A stretch of 64,000 bases of DNA, taken from the NCBI GenBank assembly GCA_010093815.1, contig ML996572.1; one strand, written 5' to 3'. This document shows positions 13,313 through 25,200 of this stretch, piece after piece; position 1 is the stretch's first letter, and each line of letters starts with the position of its first letter. A model generated the notes under the pieces. It did no database searches, was not told where the DNA came from, and worked only from the letters and a program-made list of their open reading frames with translations. The translations under genes were made by a program, and so were the position numbers. The DNA comes from Pseudovirgaria hyperparasitica. Lineage: Eukaryota.

Positions 13313-14236
13313 TTATAATTGCAACCTTGACTTCAGCTTGTCCCCGTTCACAATCTCGTCCTTTCTTGTTTTCAATTCTTCCAAATCCCATTCAGAGCTA
13401 ATATACCTCCCACTCAGCCACGATTTCTCCCCCTGAGTAAGCCATAGGCACACACTACCGCAAAGGTCTGGATCGTCCTTCAATATCTCCGTGAATCCAG
13501 CCGGTGCGCCAACCGGTCCAGGTCCAGTATTGACTTCTCCCGGGTGAACTGAGAACGCCTTCACGCCGTCCGCTTTATAGCGCTCCGCTACAATCTCTGT
13601 CAACCGGTTACTCGCCAATTCGGAAACATTGAAACCCATTGGGCCCATGCCGACAAGATGCGAGCAGATAGATGTGACATTGATGATAGTTTTCGCGCCG
13701 CCCGGTGAAGAAAGCAGGATAGGCAGACACGCCTGCATAGTAAGCACGCGGCCAAAGTAATTTGCCTGCATGGGAACCTGGAACTGATCATATCGCACTT
13801 CCGTCAGTTTCGGCGCAAACGCCGACTCGTGCGAGCTCGGCAGGCCCGCGTTATTGATCAACACGTCCAGGCGCCCGTATTCAGTCTTGATCGTCTCTGC
13901 GAGGGATGCTGTCTGGTCTTCGGAGCCGGCTTCGAGGGCTACGGGTGTAATTTTGAGACTTGGTGAGGCTTCCTGGCAGAGTTTGATGGTCGACTCGAGA
14001 GATGTGGTGCTGCGGGCGGTGATTATGAGGCCGCTGGCGCCGGCGCGAGCGAATGTGAGGGCTGTTTGTGCGCCGATGCCGCGGCTTGCACCGGTGACGC
14101 AGACGACGAAGGGCGAAGGGAGTTTGTTTGCTTCAGGGCGGCGCTCGTCAAGGACTTTGTTGTGTAGTTTGGAGATGAAGTTCGTGCCGGTTGTGATGGA
14201 CATGCCATCGGCGTGGAGTTGGGTGACGTCTGACAT
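13313..14236 (-). CDS. Short-chain dehydrogenase/reductase (SDR)
   Basis: Intronless 307 aa ORF with VTGASRGIG, GRLDVLINNAG, IINVTS, FSVHPG and WLSGRYISSEWD. The catalytic YxxxK appears altered (FNVSE). Confidence 0.9.
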   Translation of the reverse strand: MSDVTQLHADGMSITTGTNFISKLHNKVLDERRPEANKLPSPFVVCVTGASRGIGAQTALTFARAGASGLIITARSTTSLESTIKLCQEASPSLKITPVALEAGSEDQTASLAETIKTEYGRLDVLINNAGLPSSHESAFAPKLTEVRYDQFQVPMQANYFGRVLTMQACLPILLSSPGGAKTIINVTSICSHLVGMGPMGFNVSELASNRLTEIVAERYKADGVKAFSVHPGEVNTGPGPVGAPAGFTEILKDDPDLCGSVCLWLTQGEKSWLSGRYISSEWDLEELKTRKDEIVNGDKLKSRLQL

Positions 14237-17200
14237 GATTGAGATTACTCGATGTTTGAAGTTTGTATGTTGAGTTTGTATGTTGGTTGGTTTGGTGGTG
14301 CGAAAAGTTGATATGCCTTAGAAGACTGCGTTGATGGTGAGATGCAAATTTTGCGCGCGACAAACAACCATTTTATAGGTATTCGTCTGGGGACGTGGCT
14401 GGTACGCCATCTGTGTAAACTCCGTGGCGCTCGCCATATCTGGAGAAACTTGGTGTTGAGCTCGTGTTGTTCAACAGTTGGTGGCGGAGGCTGCCTCGAG
14501 GTAAATCCGGCCTTAAAGCCCGGCCGTGAGTTTCGCCCAATCCGGAAAAAAAGGTCCGATGCCATTTGCCTGCCCGTTCGGCTGCGAAACGCTAAACCCT
14601 CCTGAAGTGGCTAGGCGCATCTTTCGCGAATTAGCGGTAGGTATCGCCTTTTTCGGCTGATGCACCACGACCACGCAAGTACTCAAACCCCGCCCCAATT
14701 GTTTGTTCCACGATAACACATATACACTTGTCGATCTCACCTACTAACTTACCTGCAGCCTTAACGTAGTTCGATGGGCCCGAGCTGATGACATCATGCC
14801 GATCAAGACCAAACGCAAAGACACATTGTATCATTATGGGACTTCTACTTTTATTAAACTCCAGTCTCATACCTCCGGCAATACATTCTGAATACTTCTT
14901 GCTGTCGGAGCTAGGACGGAAAATGGTATTTGGGGATCTTGCTATTTGATCTGGCGCTCAAAATCCGTCAAGTAGACTGCGATTCATCAAAGATACATAG
15001 ATGCAGCATGTTCCTGTCAGCCACTGTCATCACTACCAGCGCAGTACATACTTGTGTTGCACAGAGCCTGCCGATCATCGCATTACAACACAGCATCATG
15101 GGGTTCTCAATTTTGTTTTTGCCCTTTACGCCACTACGTCACTCTATTAATCGCAGGCTTGGCCCAAAGCAATTCACCATCGTGCTGTCTACAGTTGTGT
15201 CTATCGCACAATCAAGTGTATACGCTCCTGGATTTAGATTGATCTATAAAAGCAGTGCCACAGTAGACTTTGACCATTTCCAGCATATTTAATTGGAGCA
15301 GGATGTGATTAAGTAGCGTTTCTCGCCGTCACTACTCCTAAAACCAAGCGCTACCCTGTATATATCCCTGACAGGACCTGCTTGTCCGCAGGTGAAAGAG
15401 CCAAGCCACCCAGGTTTCATGTGACACCAGGCATCAGCGAAAACTGTCTTCATGTTAGTATTGCACGTTCATATCTTGTTGACTTGCTTATCGAAGCTGG
15501 ACACCCCATAAAATATGCTGCTATGAAGTTTTAAGTGACTGTATTTGGGTAGCCAAGTCTACTAAATCTGAGAGAACTATACACCCCGAATGTTTCCTTG
15601 CACGGCGTCCATGGCTGGAGGACAATACCTAACTAAGATTTGAGTAGTGATCCAGATCAGCTACCAGTCTATGACTTAACTTCAAGCAGAACATCAGCAT
15701 TTTTGCAAACCTTGACATCTGATGGATATGATCTATCGCTATGCTAACACGTATGGGTTGTTTAAGGACTATCAAGTACCAATCTGAACATTTCGACTAG
15801 TATAGGAATTATCTACACACACAAGGGGGCCAAGAATTGGCTTTGACGAAGCAGATGATAATTAGAACGCTGCTACATTGTCTACAAGATATATCGTTAG
15901 AAGAGGTAGTTAGCATTTCTATGACATTTTTGAGAGAACAGAGCTCTTGCTGAATCTTCAACTTACACTCCGAGTGTCGACAGACACTTATGGCCGGATA
16001 TTGACCAAGCTTCTGGACGCAGGAAAGTCCACCACATAATACGTTAAGCTGTTGTAGAAAATGATGTCCCAGTATGTATTGACTAAGCGATGAAAGAAGT
16101 CAAGGTCATCCATGACTGAACCTCTAGTGGTATAGAGTATCCCAAGCTTAGATAGATGATCAAGCTAATGTACTTCTCGGTTCATCAATGCAGGACCTGT
16201 GTAGCTGGTCCAGACAGAAGACGACATGATCCCCCTTTAGAAATTTCGCATGTCCCTCAACCCGGACTATTAGACTCTTTTTCGCCTCATATCCAGCCAA
16301 ACGGTTTGCGCCTGAGTATCATAATCATGAGGCTTCCAAGAGTCCAGACGATTCAGTTGTCTGTGTCACCCTCTTCCCGTATCTCACAAACTCTTCGCCA
16401 TCATGTCCGTCAATGCCCCAACAAATGAAGTGAAAAATGGAGTAGAACAACCAAGCAGAGCCATCGTTCCTACATTTGGTGGCGTTCGGTCTCGTAAATA
16501 TCAATCAGAGTGTGTATATTCCCATACTCAGTGATATAGCAATGTCGTAAATCAGCACCATCCGTACATTTGGTCTGATATGGGCCTATGGAGTCCCAGT
16601 CTGAGCAAAGGCCTAGCTAATGTTTTGAAGGCCTGTGTCAAGATAACCAGCAAGCGGTATGCTTAGTAGTGTAGGTCATTAATGGTCCACTCGACAGGGG
16701 GCTTATTGAGTCAAGGGTCATTGCCGGTGGCGGCGTGGCGCTTAAGTAGGCCATGAGACATGGAAGATAATTATCTTACAGGACTTTCTCGTATTCGCAA
16801 GAGTGAAGGCGAAGGTCTGACGCCACCCAGGACGAGCTCTTTGAGAACGGGCGTTTGTTTCAAGAATATGGTTTCATGTACCGGCTGGTGTTTCGGCATC
16901 TACACGTTGCGCACCCTTTGGCACCACTATATGGCTTTCCAGGTTGTGACTAGAGTATTACTTACTTTACTTCATTTAATTGGGAGGATACACGTATATA
17001 ACCCTAATTCATCTATATCTAATCCCCATTTATCGACAATTCATCGCTTTGTACTCATTTGGCCTCTCCCGGTTGAACAAACAGATATATAGTATACGAC
17101 GACGAAAACCAAGGGTATAGTTTTTGACCAGATTAACTTCGCATATATGAGGCGACACTATGCTACACACGGAATGGTAGACTGCAGAGAATGAACGAAG

Positions 17201-18132
17201 TATCTGGCGCGGCTTTATGCGCATGATCGGCACCTGGCGTGAAATTGATAGCACGGCCCGTGTTACTGGATGATCTCGTCATTGTGTGCTTGAACGAGGT
17301 CAGCCTCTGACTCGACTTGGAAACAAACTTTCGTTACACCCAGCTACTTCTCCTACGTGTTCAGGTGTCTGTTTATCCCGGTGCGCTAGATGACCGGTAA
17401 AATTCTACACATTGCACGCTGAGGTATCCGCGAAACATGCTAAGGAGCTCATGAAAGCAGTGACGTGACACCCCTAGATATGCAGAAACATTATGATGTT
17501 CAGGGCCCAGGGGGGCAAAATTCACTCAAGTCATGGGGCAGCACGGGTCTTAAAATGGTCAATAACGACCCACTTTTATAGGGTCTAACGCGCGTCAAGC
17601 AAAGCTTTGGCTCCGCATAGAGACATCTCAAACTGCTCTGGACTTTGAGCACACAGTGCATAATATGCCTCATCACCCGTATCCAGTTCGCCTTTATGAG
17701 AATGACTCCAAAGGCGATAAGGCGTAGTTCTGGGAGCCGTAAGACCATGCAACTTCACCGACAGCTTGGTAACAGAATATAGCTACATGGAAGCAAGAAC
17801 GTTTTAGGCCCGTGAGCTCACAGCCTCCGACTATGTGGATAGCTCCACCAGACCCTGATAGTAATTGTAGCGCTGTACCAATAATTACGGGAACTAAGCA
17901 ATACTAATATATGCTTAATGAGAGTTCCCGGCTCTACGGAAGCTTAGCTCTTTAACAAGCTATATACATGCTTGAACTGAACTTCCAGGGAACTGCAGCA
18001 ACTCGTTGGTGACATTATTCTCATTTCTATACACCAGGCCGTATTACATTGTGGTTTCTACTTCAACGTCTCTTTGCCGCTCTTTTCATCTATATTGTTC
18101 TTCGAGGACCACGTCAAGCTCCGTCAGACGTC

Positions 18133-19178
18133 ATGGGGGTAATCCACGACCCCCCTGACCATAAACATAACAACAGCCACATTCTCTCCGCCAATCTTGC
18201 CCTTCACAGTAGTATCTCTCCGTTGATCCCCTACTCAGGCCTCATTCTCACCGTCGCTCTCGTTATCATCTTTATATTCAGATACATTTTTGAACTCTTT
18301 CTTCTTACTAGGATATATGGCAAAACATACCTCAGTCTTAATGAGGTCAACAGACGCGGCTTCATAAACCATCACATCGCTGGAATTGCGAAGATTACCA
18401 TGCTCGTAACTGGTGCATATCCTCTTTTCCTCGTGTTCTTCGAAGGCGCGACGCTACATCATAAATTTGGGCATTCGAATACGGTAACCTTAGGAGATAG
18501 TAAGTAATAACTCTAGTCTCCTTAGAATATAATCGACTCTTCTGTTGACATGCGATAGTTTTCATTGTGCTCAACCATCTCTTCTGCGCCATGTATATCT
18601 TTGAGCTTTTCTTCCGAGCTAAACTATCTCCTGTGGCCATCATGCATCATATAGGCGCCATCGTCATTGCGCAGTCCGCGATTGCAGTTACCGTTGCGAC
18701 GGAGCATGCCCAGGATGGAGTGTTGGACTTCCTACTTTGCATCATTTGGGGTACGCCACAACTGCTGCTTATTCGATTAGTCGCTGACACCCGGGTTCTA
18801 GGTATATTTGATGTCATCGCAGAGTTCTGGCCACATGTTGCTATCATCCTGTATCGCTGCCACCCTACGAAGCACGAGTTCCTGGCTAAAGTATTCGCAT
18901 CGGCTTGTATAACAACATTTGCCGGGACCGTAATCGAGACTGTGGTTGTGATGTGGTTATTTGGGTCACTGTGGTATAGATGGACGTTGGTGTTCAAAAT
19001 CGTCACTCCGATTTTGCATTGTGTTTTTAGCGCCGCGCAGCTTTGGGGTGCATGGAACTTCCGGAGCATGTGGTTGAGACAAAGGCGCTTTATTGAGGAG
19101 GAACGGGTCAAGGAGAGTGGCATGGATCTTAGGGAAGAGGGGCGTATGGTTGCGGAGAATACGCGTTCAGGAGTATGA
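18133..19178 (+). CDS. Conserved fungal multi-pass membrane protein (TLC-domain-like)
   Basis: RRGFINHHIAG, MYIFELFFRAKLSPVAIMHHIGAI, EFWPHVAIILYR, TPILHCVFSAAQLWG. Two GT-AG introns. The first in-frame ATG is at 18133 (the ORF-track start is TTG). Confidence 0.75.
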
Positions 19179-19755
19179 GGCGCCTAGTCTGAGAACGAAT
19201 ACATATTGGAGAAAAGACTTGACAAAGAACAGGGGATGCCAAGAACAATTTGACATAGCGCTGCAGGCGAGGGACTCGTGCACTACATCTTCTGTCTGAT
19301 ATCGCCATCACCAAAACCTCCCATATCTTAGGGAGTGCTTTGGGAACGAGAACTATGCAGTGATCTACAAGCACTAGTGCGAGTAGATTTGAGACTGCTG
19401 ATGCTTTTCAATTGTCAGTTTTCAACGCAGAAGTATGACGCGGTATCAGTAGCTGCTTTTGAAGTAAGATACTGCTATCCGTTCCACCGAGATATCCTTG
19501 AAGCGCTAAAGTCGACTTTCATCATCTCATACCAATCTGTCATCTGTTCGACTGAGACAGCCCTAGATCAACTACAAGACGATATGTTGGAATTGCAGAT
19601 TGTCTACCCTTCTTCAATCATGTTGACGTTGCCTCAGCTGACTCGACTACATGTATATGACCCGAGCTTATACCTAACATTCGATAGTCTTGTTCCCTCA
19701 CTGCATATTGATCTCGGTCAAGGGATGCTAATACCACCACAGAATACTCAACATA

Positions 19756-21786
19756 TCAAACAAACGAAATGAAATGCCAATCCAGCCCTGGCAAGTCCCA
19801 AACTTCACCATCCATCAATCCATGGACATAGCACGCGCCAATAAACTTCCATGCACCCCCATGCGCTCTTAAGACAACTGGAATCCGCATACCCTTGAGT
19901 ACACAAATGTGATCCCCAGCCCGGGCGCGGAATGGAACCCATCCAATGCGCCTGGCACTCGAGACAAAAAAATCTCTGGCATCTCTGACCTTGCTCTCAG
20001 CAAGCTCGAAAGGAGCTGCACCTCGAGTCAGGATGCAGTAGCCCATGTACCACAAAATAATCTCGTTGGTATGTTGGAGCCCGGTCATAAACAGCTTCTT
20101 CAGAAGAAACCAGTAGCCAAAGCTGACGCCCAGACTGTTGTCCGCTGGCTTACAGGGGTCGTCAGGATCAAATGTAGAGTCACGGTTGTATACAAGCGTG
20201 CGCCAGAACGACTCGAATGAGCTATCGTCCATTATAGACGCAAGCGGATCTAAGAACGGGTCCGCGAGGCGTCGTAAAGCGGATAGCCACTCCACCATAG
20301 CGAGTTCGTATGGCACTATTTGCTGAAATGCTTCTCTAAGATCTATATTCTTGTCCTGTCCGCTTGTATCGAGCGCTTCAGGCCCTGGCATATGAGGCCT
20401 TCTGGGACCAATTTTCCCGATAGTATCAAAAAAGGCGCCTTTGATATCGATCCGCTATTTTTGCTGTGAGTAGATTTCCCCTTGATCGCTGTAGGAAAGC
20501 ATCTGTCTTACCTCCGGGACAGGACCTTCAAAAAGATGCCCTCTGTCTCTTAGACTCAACACGATTTCATCGCTTACTTCTGGCACAGGAACATCTCTGT
20601 ACCCAGTCAAGTATTTTGTATTATAGAAGCCACTCATCAACAAACCTGAAGAATGAGCGGATATGAGATCAGGGATCCATGAAGGTATTCCCAGCTCCTC
20701 GTTTTTAGGATTAGCATTGAATGTTAGCCAGTCGATAGGCCATCTGTGCGGCAAAAAAGCCTTCGGGATGCCTATGAACTCATTTCCCCTGGAGTCCCGC
20801 CGATAATTAGGAAACCCAAGCAGCGTCATCTTCCCAACCAAGGAGGCAATACCCGCAAAGGTTTTATGGTAGTCAACAAACTCAGGTTCCAATCCAGTTG
20901 AAATCCCTGATAGAGCAAAGAATCGATCTCGAGGATCAGTGGCCTTCATTCCGGGATAACGCGAGAGGACATCGTAAATCGGCATGATCCCCTGATTTTC
21001 GGTTTGTAGATACCCACTGGCAATACACCTTGACAATAACGCGGACTCCTTGGGCCTATTCATAGCGTTATTGAAGCACATGTAAAGGTTTTTGTGAGTC
21101 CCAATCATGATTGAACACCAAAGGACAACTCGCGCTTCTGCATCTAAGGACCCCCTCCAGATAATGGATCTTGAGCTGACCAGCAGTTCTTGGACGACCC
21201 AGATTCGAGTAAACCACTCATGTGTCAGAATACCGAACAGTGCCTCCCAAGGAAGGCTTTTATATGGGTCCTCCTCACCAAGAGATTTGAGGTCAAGATC
21301 CGGCATATTATAACTGTCATGGAAGCTGTATTTCACCCCATCGCATTTGAGATATAGCCTCTGTGCTAGTTTGAGGGCGATAGAATCTCGTGAGTTCCCA
21401 GCACCTAGCCATATGATGACACGAGATGCAGTCTTAAAAATTTGCCACATCATACGGACTTGTGTTGTCTTCTCTGTATCATCACTTTGGTTGATACATA
21501 TCGCATCGGCCCAGAGGAGTGTACCTGAACCACGTTTTTTCTTTTCCAACAGCGCTTCATGTAGATTCTTTCCAATGAGGAGCTCACATCCATTACACTT
21601 GATGGCTGTTACGTTGGATGGATCTCCCCATACGTAGGACAGAGCATCGAATTCAACGTCGTGGAGGCCATACTCACGGAGAGTTAGTTCGAGGTTCTGT
21701 TCGCGGGGCCGTAATTTCACTCTCAGTAGTCGTATACGTCCATCGGATAATCGTGACTGATGCTTGAACGGTGTTACTCTTGACAT
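19756..21786 (-). CDS. Heterokaryon incompatibility (HET-6-like) domain protein
   Basis: IRLLRV, FDALSYVWG, LWADAICINQSDDTEKTTQVRMM, VIIWLG, WFTRIWVVQE, ATDPRDRFFAL, and C-terminal GDHICVLKG..PVVLR...FIGACYVHGLMDGE. One in-frame intron at ~20455-20510. Confidence 0.93.
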
Positions 21787-22748
21787 TTAGTCTGATATCG
21801 AAGTTGAGAGGTCCAAACATATGAGTGCCTACTCCGACTCGCCCATGAAGATGGGATAATGGGATGGCCACAAACACACACTGTGAGCGTGGATCCTTTT
21901 GCTGCTCCAGGCCAGGGTCTCCGGGCACGTGTCCGAAATGGTGGACTTCGGCTTGGAGGGAGTATTATTGGTCAATTTATAACTCGAGACAGCAAAGAGG
22001 TGGAGGAGTTTTCTGCGCTTAGTTGACTCTTGGCCGCAACGGCAACACAACGAACCTTGATACGATGCTATGAGACTTGATGTATCACCAAGTACAGCTT
22101 TTGATATCGCCAGTGACAGTTTTCAGATGGTTGACAGACCAAGTTTTGCACTTGCTAGCGAGGTCCTCTCGCAGACTTGATTAGCATGCAGGTGCGTTGT
22201 TACTGCAGGTGCATGCATGCATGCATGCAAGTCTTGCTTGGCAGTCGAGTTTACTCGTGTTTCTAGACATACTCTTGTGGCTCGTCGACTAGTTCGACTA
22301 CCTACAGCGTATGATAGCCCCAAAAGAGAGTCACGGGAAGATTAGGGCTCGGTGAATCGAGCTCTCAGAAGCTTCAGCCTTTCGAAGGGCTTTTTACGTG
22401 AGAGCGGGTCCGAGTAGAACCTACCTTTTTGTCATGTGCCCAGTATAATCGGCTTGAAGGACAAGGCCAGTGTATGTCAGTCCTTTCTCAGGGTCGCGCA
22501 TATGATCGTAGACAGAGTTTGGTACATATCAAAAGCTGTGACGGATTATCCAAGATGACACAGATTGACTTCAGGAGACAGAGAATCACACATCAGCAAT
22601 AGCAAGGTCTAGATAGACGAATCTCGCACTATGAACAATCTGAAGACGGGGAGACCTCGTTGTTGGGTATCAACTGTTCATTATCTGCTACAACGTTCGC
22701 CAATCAAGCAGCCCTGTCCGCTATCCACTTCAAACTCGATCTCAGTAC

Positions 22749-23105
22749 CTAATTCGAGATCTTCGAGCTGACCTTCTTCCTACACAAATTATCAGCACTA
22801 CTTGGAATTTGATCATAGTCCCGAAGCAAACATACCCAGTCGCCTTCTCGTAAGCCTCGCGGCCACCATCGGTGATCTTCTCCTGCATGTTGCGGTCGAC
22901 GTTGTAGCCAGATTTCTTGGAGCCAAACGCAAATGCTGAAGGATCTGGTCAGTGTATGCGCGTGCTATGAGTAAACGCAGGAGACTTGCCCTTGTCGACG
23001 TAGTCGTCCTTCTGGCCGGCCTGCCCGGTGCCAGCTTGCGGGTTATTGGTGCTGCTTGAGCCGCTCTTGTTCGTGAATGATGCGAGGCCTTTCTTGAGGA
23101 AATCC

Positions 23106-23107
<2 letters not shown>
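22749..23107 (-). CDS. Small conserved hydrophilic fungal protein (3 exons, absent from ORF track)
   Basis: MDFLKKGLASFTNKSGSSSTNNPQAGTGQAGQKDDYVDK / AFAFGSKKSGYNVDRNMQEKITDGGREAYEKATG / KKVSSKISN*. Intron 1 is GC-AG (22989-22936); intron 2 is GT-AG. Confidence 0.82.

Positions 23108-23147
<40 letters not shown>
23106..23147. repeat. Trinucleotide microsatellite (ATG)14/(CAT)14
   Basis: Perfect 42-bp run read directly from the sequence. Confidence 0.95.
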
Positions 23148-23512
23148 CTTCGGATGGATGTGATTATGTGATATATCTGTAGACTTTGTTGTTGTAAATA
23201 TCGAGTAGTGGTCGGGGTGCAAGAGACTTAAGTACGAGGTTGGGTGAAGGGCTGAGATGACCTCATGTGGGGAACAAAGTTCTGGACAGGGTCTGGGGCG
23301 CTTGCACAGCCCGCACTTCACGATCTAGTCCCAGCGCGGCCCGCCGAGATCAGCGATGTGGCGGTGCAATAGTTCATCGTACTGTAGAAAGGAATCAAGG
23401 ATCGTGCTACTTGGGACTTGAGACGAGCACAGCCACGGAATGAACAAAATGTCTTCTAAGCTGTGAGAACAGCCCTCGTCCAGTCAACGAAGCAGTTTGT
23501 TTTCAATCAGAA

Positions 23513-24788
23513 TTACCCCAGCCGCCAGCTCCGGAGATCCTCTCGTATATCTATCTCCTCCACCTCATGAGTCGGCCGCTGTCTCCTCCTTTCAACCTCC
23601 GCTTTCATGTGACTAGCCTGCTGCTCCAAACTCGCTCGTCCTGTTGGACCTGTATCACCACCTTTTCGATGTCCATCTCGGCTCCCAGGCTTCCGCACAG
23701 GACTTCGTCCAAATCCGGTAGATCCGTTACGCCCATGGCCTAGCTTTTCGTTCTCACTACTCTCCCCGCCATCCTTCCAATTGACAGCACGTAAACGTGG
23801 CGACTTGGTGTAAGATGTGTGTTTGTCTCCCCAGCCGTCGCCGCCGGAAAAAATGTCCTCAATCGCGTCGTCAGCTTTGAGTTCGCCTGGTTGAGCGGCC
23901 CAGTACGCGGCAAGCGTGCGTCGGTACATGTCCTGTAACTCGCCAGTTTCCTTCGACTTCAATGAGATAGATGGTGCTGTGCCAATGAGTGTGGAGGAGT
24001 TGTCGTCAACTGGTGTATTGTCGGCATCTGCGGAGATGATGCCTGCAATACCGCCGAAAACAGGTGCGGTCTTCAGCGGAGGCCTATGGCACGATTAACT
24101 GTTTGAAAAAAGACATGAGTAAGCAGAATGACATACGCGACGTAATTTCGGTCACCCTCTGTCTGCCGCATGTATATCCCTATCTTCACTGTGCTATTGA
24201 TCTTACTATCTTGCATCAAATAACGCCTTACGACGCCCTCCTCAGCGTCAACTTCTTGCTCGCTGGGCTCGATGTACTCGGCCAGATTTAATCTGACATT
24301 TCCCAATGTTATACGCTCACCACGTCCAGTTCCGCCATACTCTTGCACAATCTCGAAGTTTATATACAATTCTTGCAGCATACTGTTCTTGTCTATTGTG
24401 ATTCGCACTGGGAGTCTTTTGTGGTAATCGTAAATGACTTTATGGTCCTTGATGGGACATTTTTCCGTTCGGCCGCGGTGTTCCGCCGCATTGGAGTGAG
24501 GTAGATGCCATTTGACGAAGGATATGCCGTTGACAAGAGGGACATTATTCAGATCAATAATCTTTCATTCGTTTTAGCGACGTATACGCGAGCAAGATGC
24601 AACCCCATACCTTCATATGCAGCTCGAACTTCGGCTGTTGAGGCGCATCTTGGTCAGCATGTTTCCGACACGGTTCTGAAGTATTTGAGAGCTTACTCGG
24701 CGCGTCTTTGGTACTACCAAGCCCGTCAGCGAGTGCGTGGCCAGGACATGCGCGCGTCGCAAAGACATTCCTCACCGAAAGCTTGCAT
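23513..24788 (-). CDS. NT-C2 (EEIG1/EHBP1 N-terminal C2) domain protein
   Basis: Spliced: MQAF / VPKTRR / PKFELHMK / IIDLNNVPLVNG..FVKWHLP...HRGRT...LGNVRLNLAEY...RRYLMQDSKINSTVKIGI / APPLKTAPVFGGIAG...DMYRRTLAAYW...DLRSW. Confidence 0.88.
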
Positions 24789-25103
24789 GGTGAAGAGACG
24801 TTGCAGGAAGATGTAGAGAAAGGGCTGATAAAGGTTCCGATCCCGCGGGCGTCAGGTCAAGTCGCACGGAAATAAGCCGGGATGTTGCAGAAGCGTCGTG
24901 TATGAATATCGTCGTTGAGCTGCAGGGCTGACAAGAATATATTAGGTGGTGTGATCTTGTCGTTGATTTGGGACAGAAGTCAAGGATGGTCAAGAATGAG
25001 ACGACGTCACTGGCCGACCTGGCGACTCGGCTGATGCGGACCTGGCGCCTATCAATCAAACCTACCTGGGGATTCAATAAACATCCGCGCTAGTCTGATT
25101 CCA

Positions 25104-25128
25104 GACGCGCTTAGACGCGTTGACGCGA
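25104..25128. promoter_or_regulatory. Tandem GACGCG (MCB-like) motifs in the NT-C2/TAD1 divergent promoter
   Basis: GACGCGC-TTA-GACGCGT-T-GACGCGA lies ~75-95 bp upstream of the TAD1 ATG. Confidence 0.4.
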
Positions 25129-25200
25129 GGCCTATTAGACGAAATCAACTTTTTCTTCATTCGCAGCGCACGTGTGTTAGGGTGTCGATCTTACAACAGC

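Noticed and set aside
15368..15397. Hammerhead-ribozyme-like string CTGA-CAGG-[ACCTGC-TTGTCC-GCAGGT]-GAAA
   Set aside because: The core does not match CUGANGA, and I found no convincing stems I and III with an NUH cleavage site. Likely a chance hairpin.
15767..16039. Possible RIP-inactivated pseudogene reading frame
   Set aside because: Four internal stops in ~90 codons is about what random sequence gives, and there is no recognisable domain.
23043..23321. ORF-track protein with a poly-His (H14) tract
   Set aside because: An artefact of reading the (CAT)14 microsatellite. The real gene starts at 23107 in another frame.
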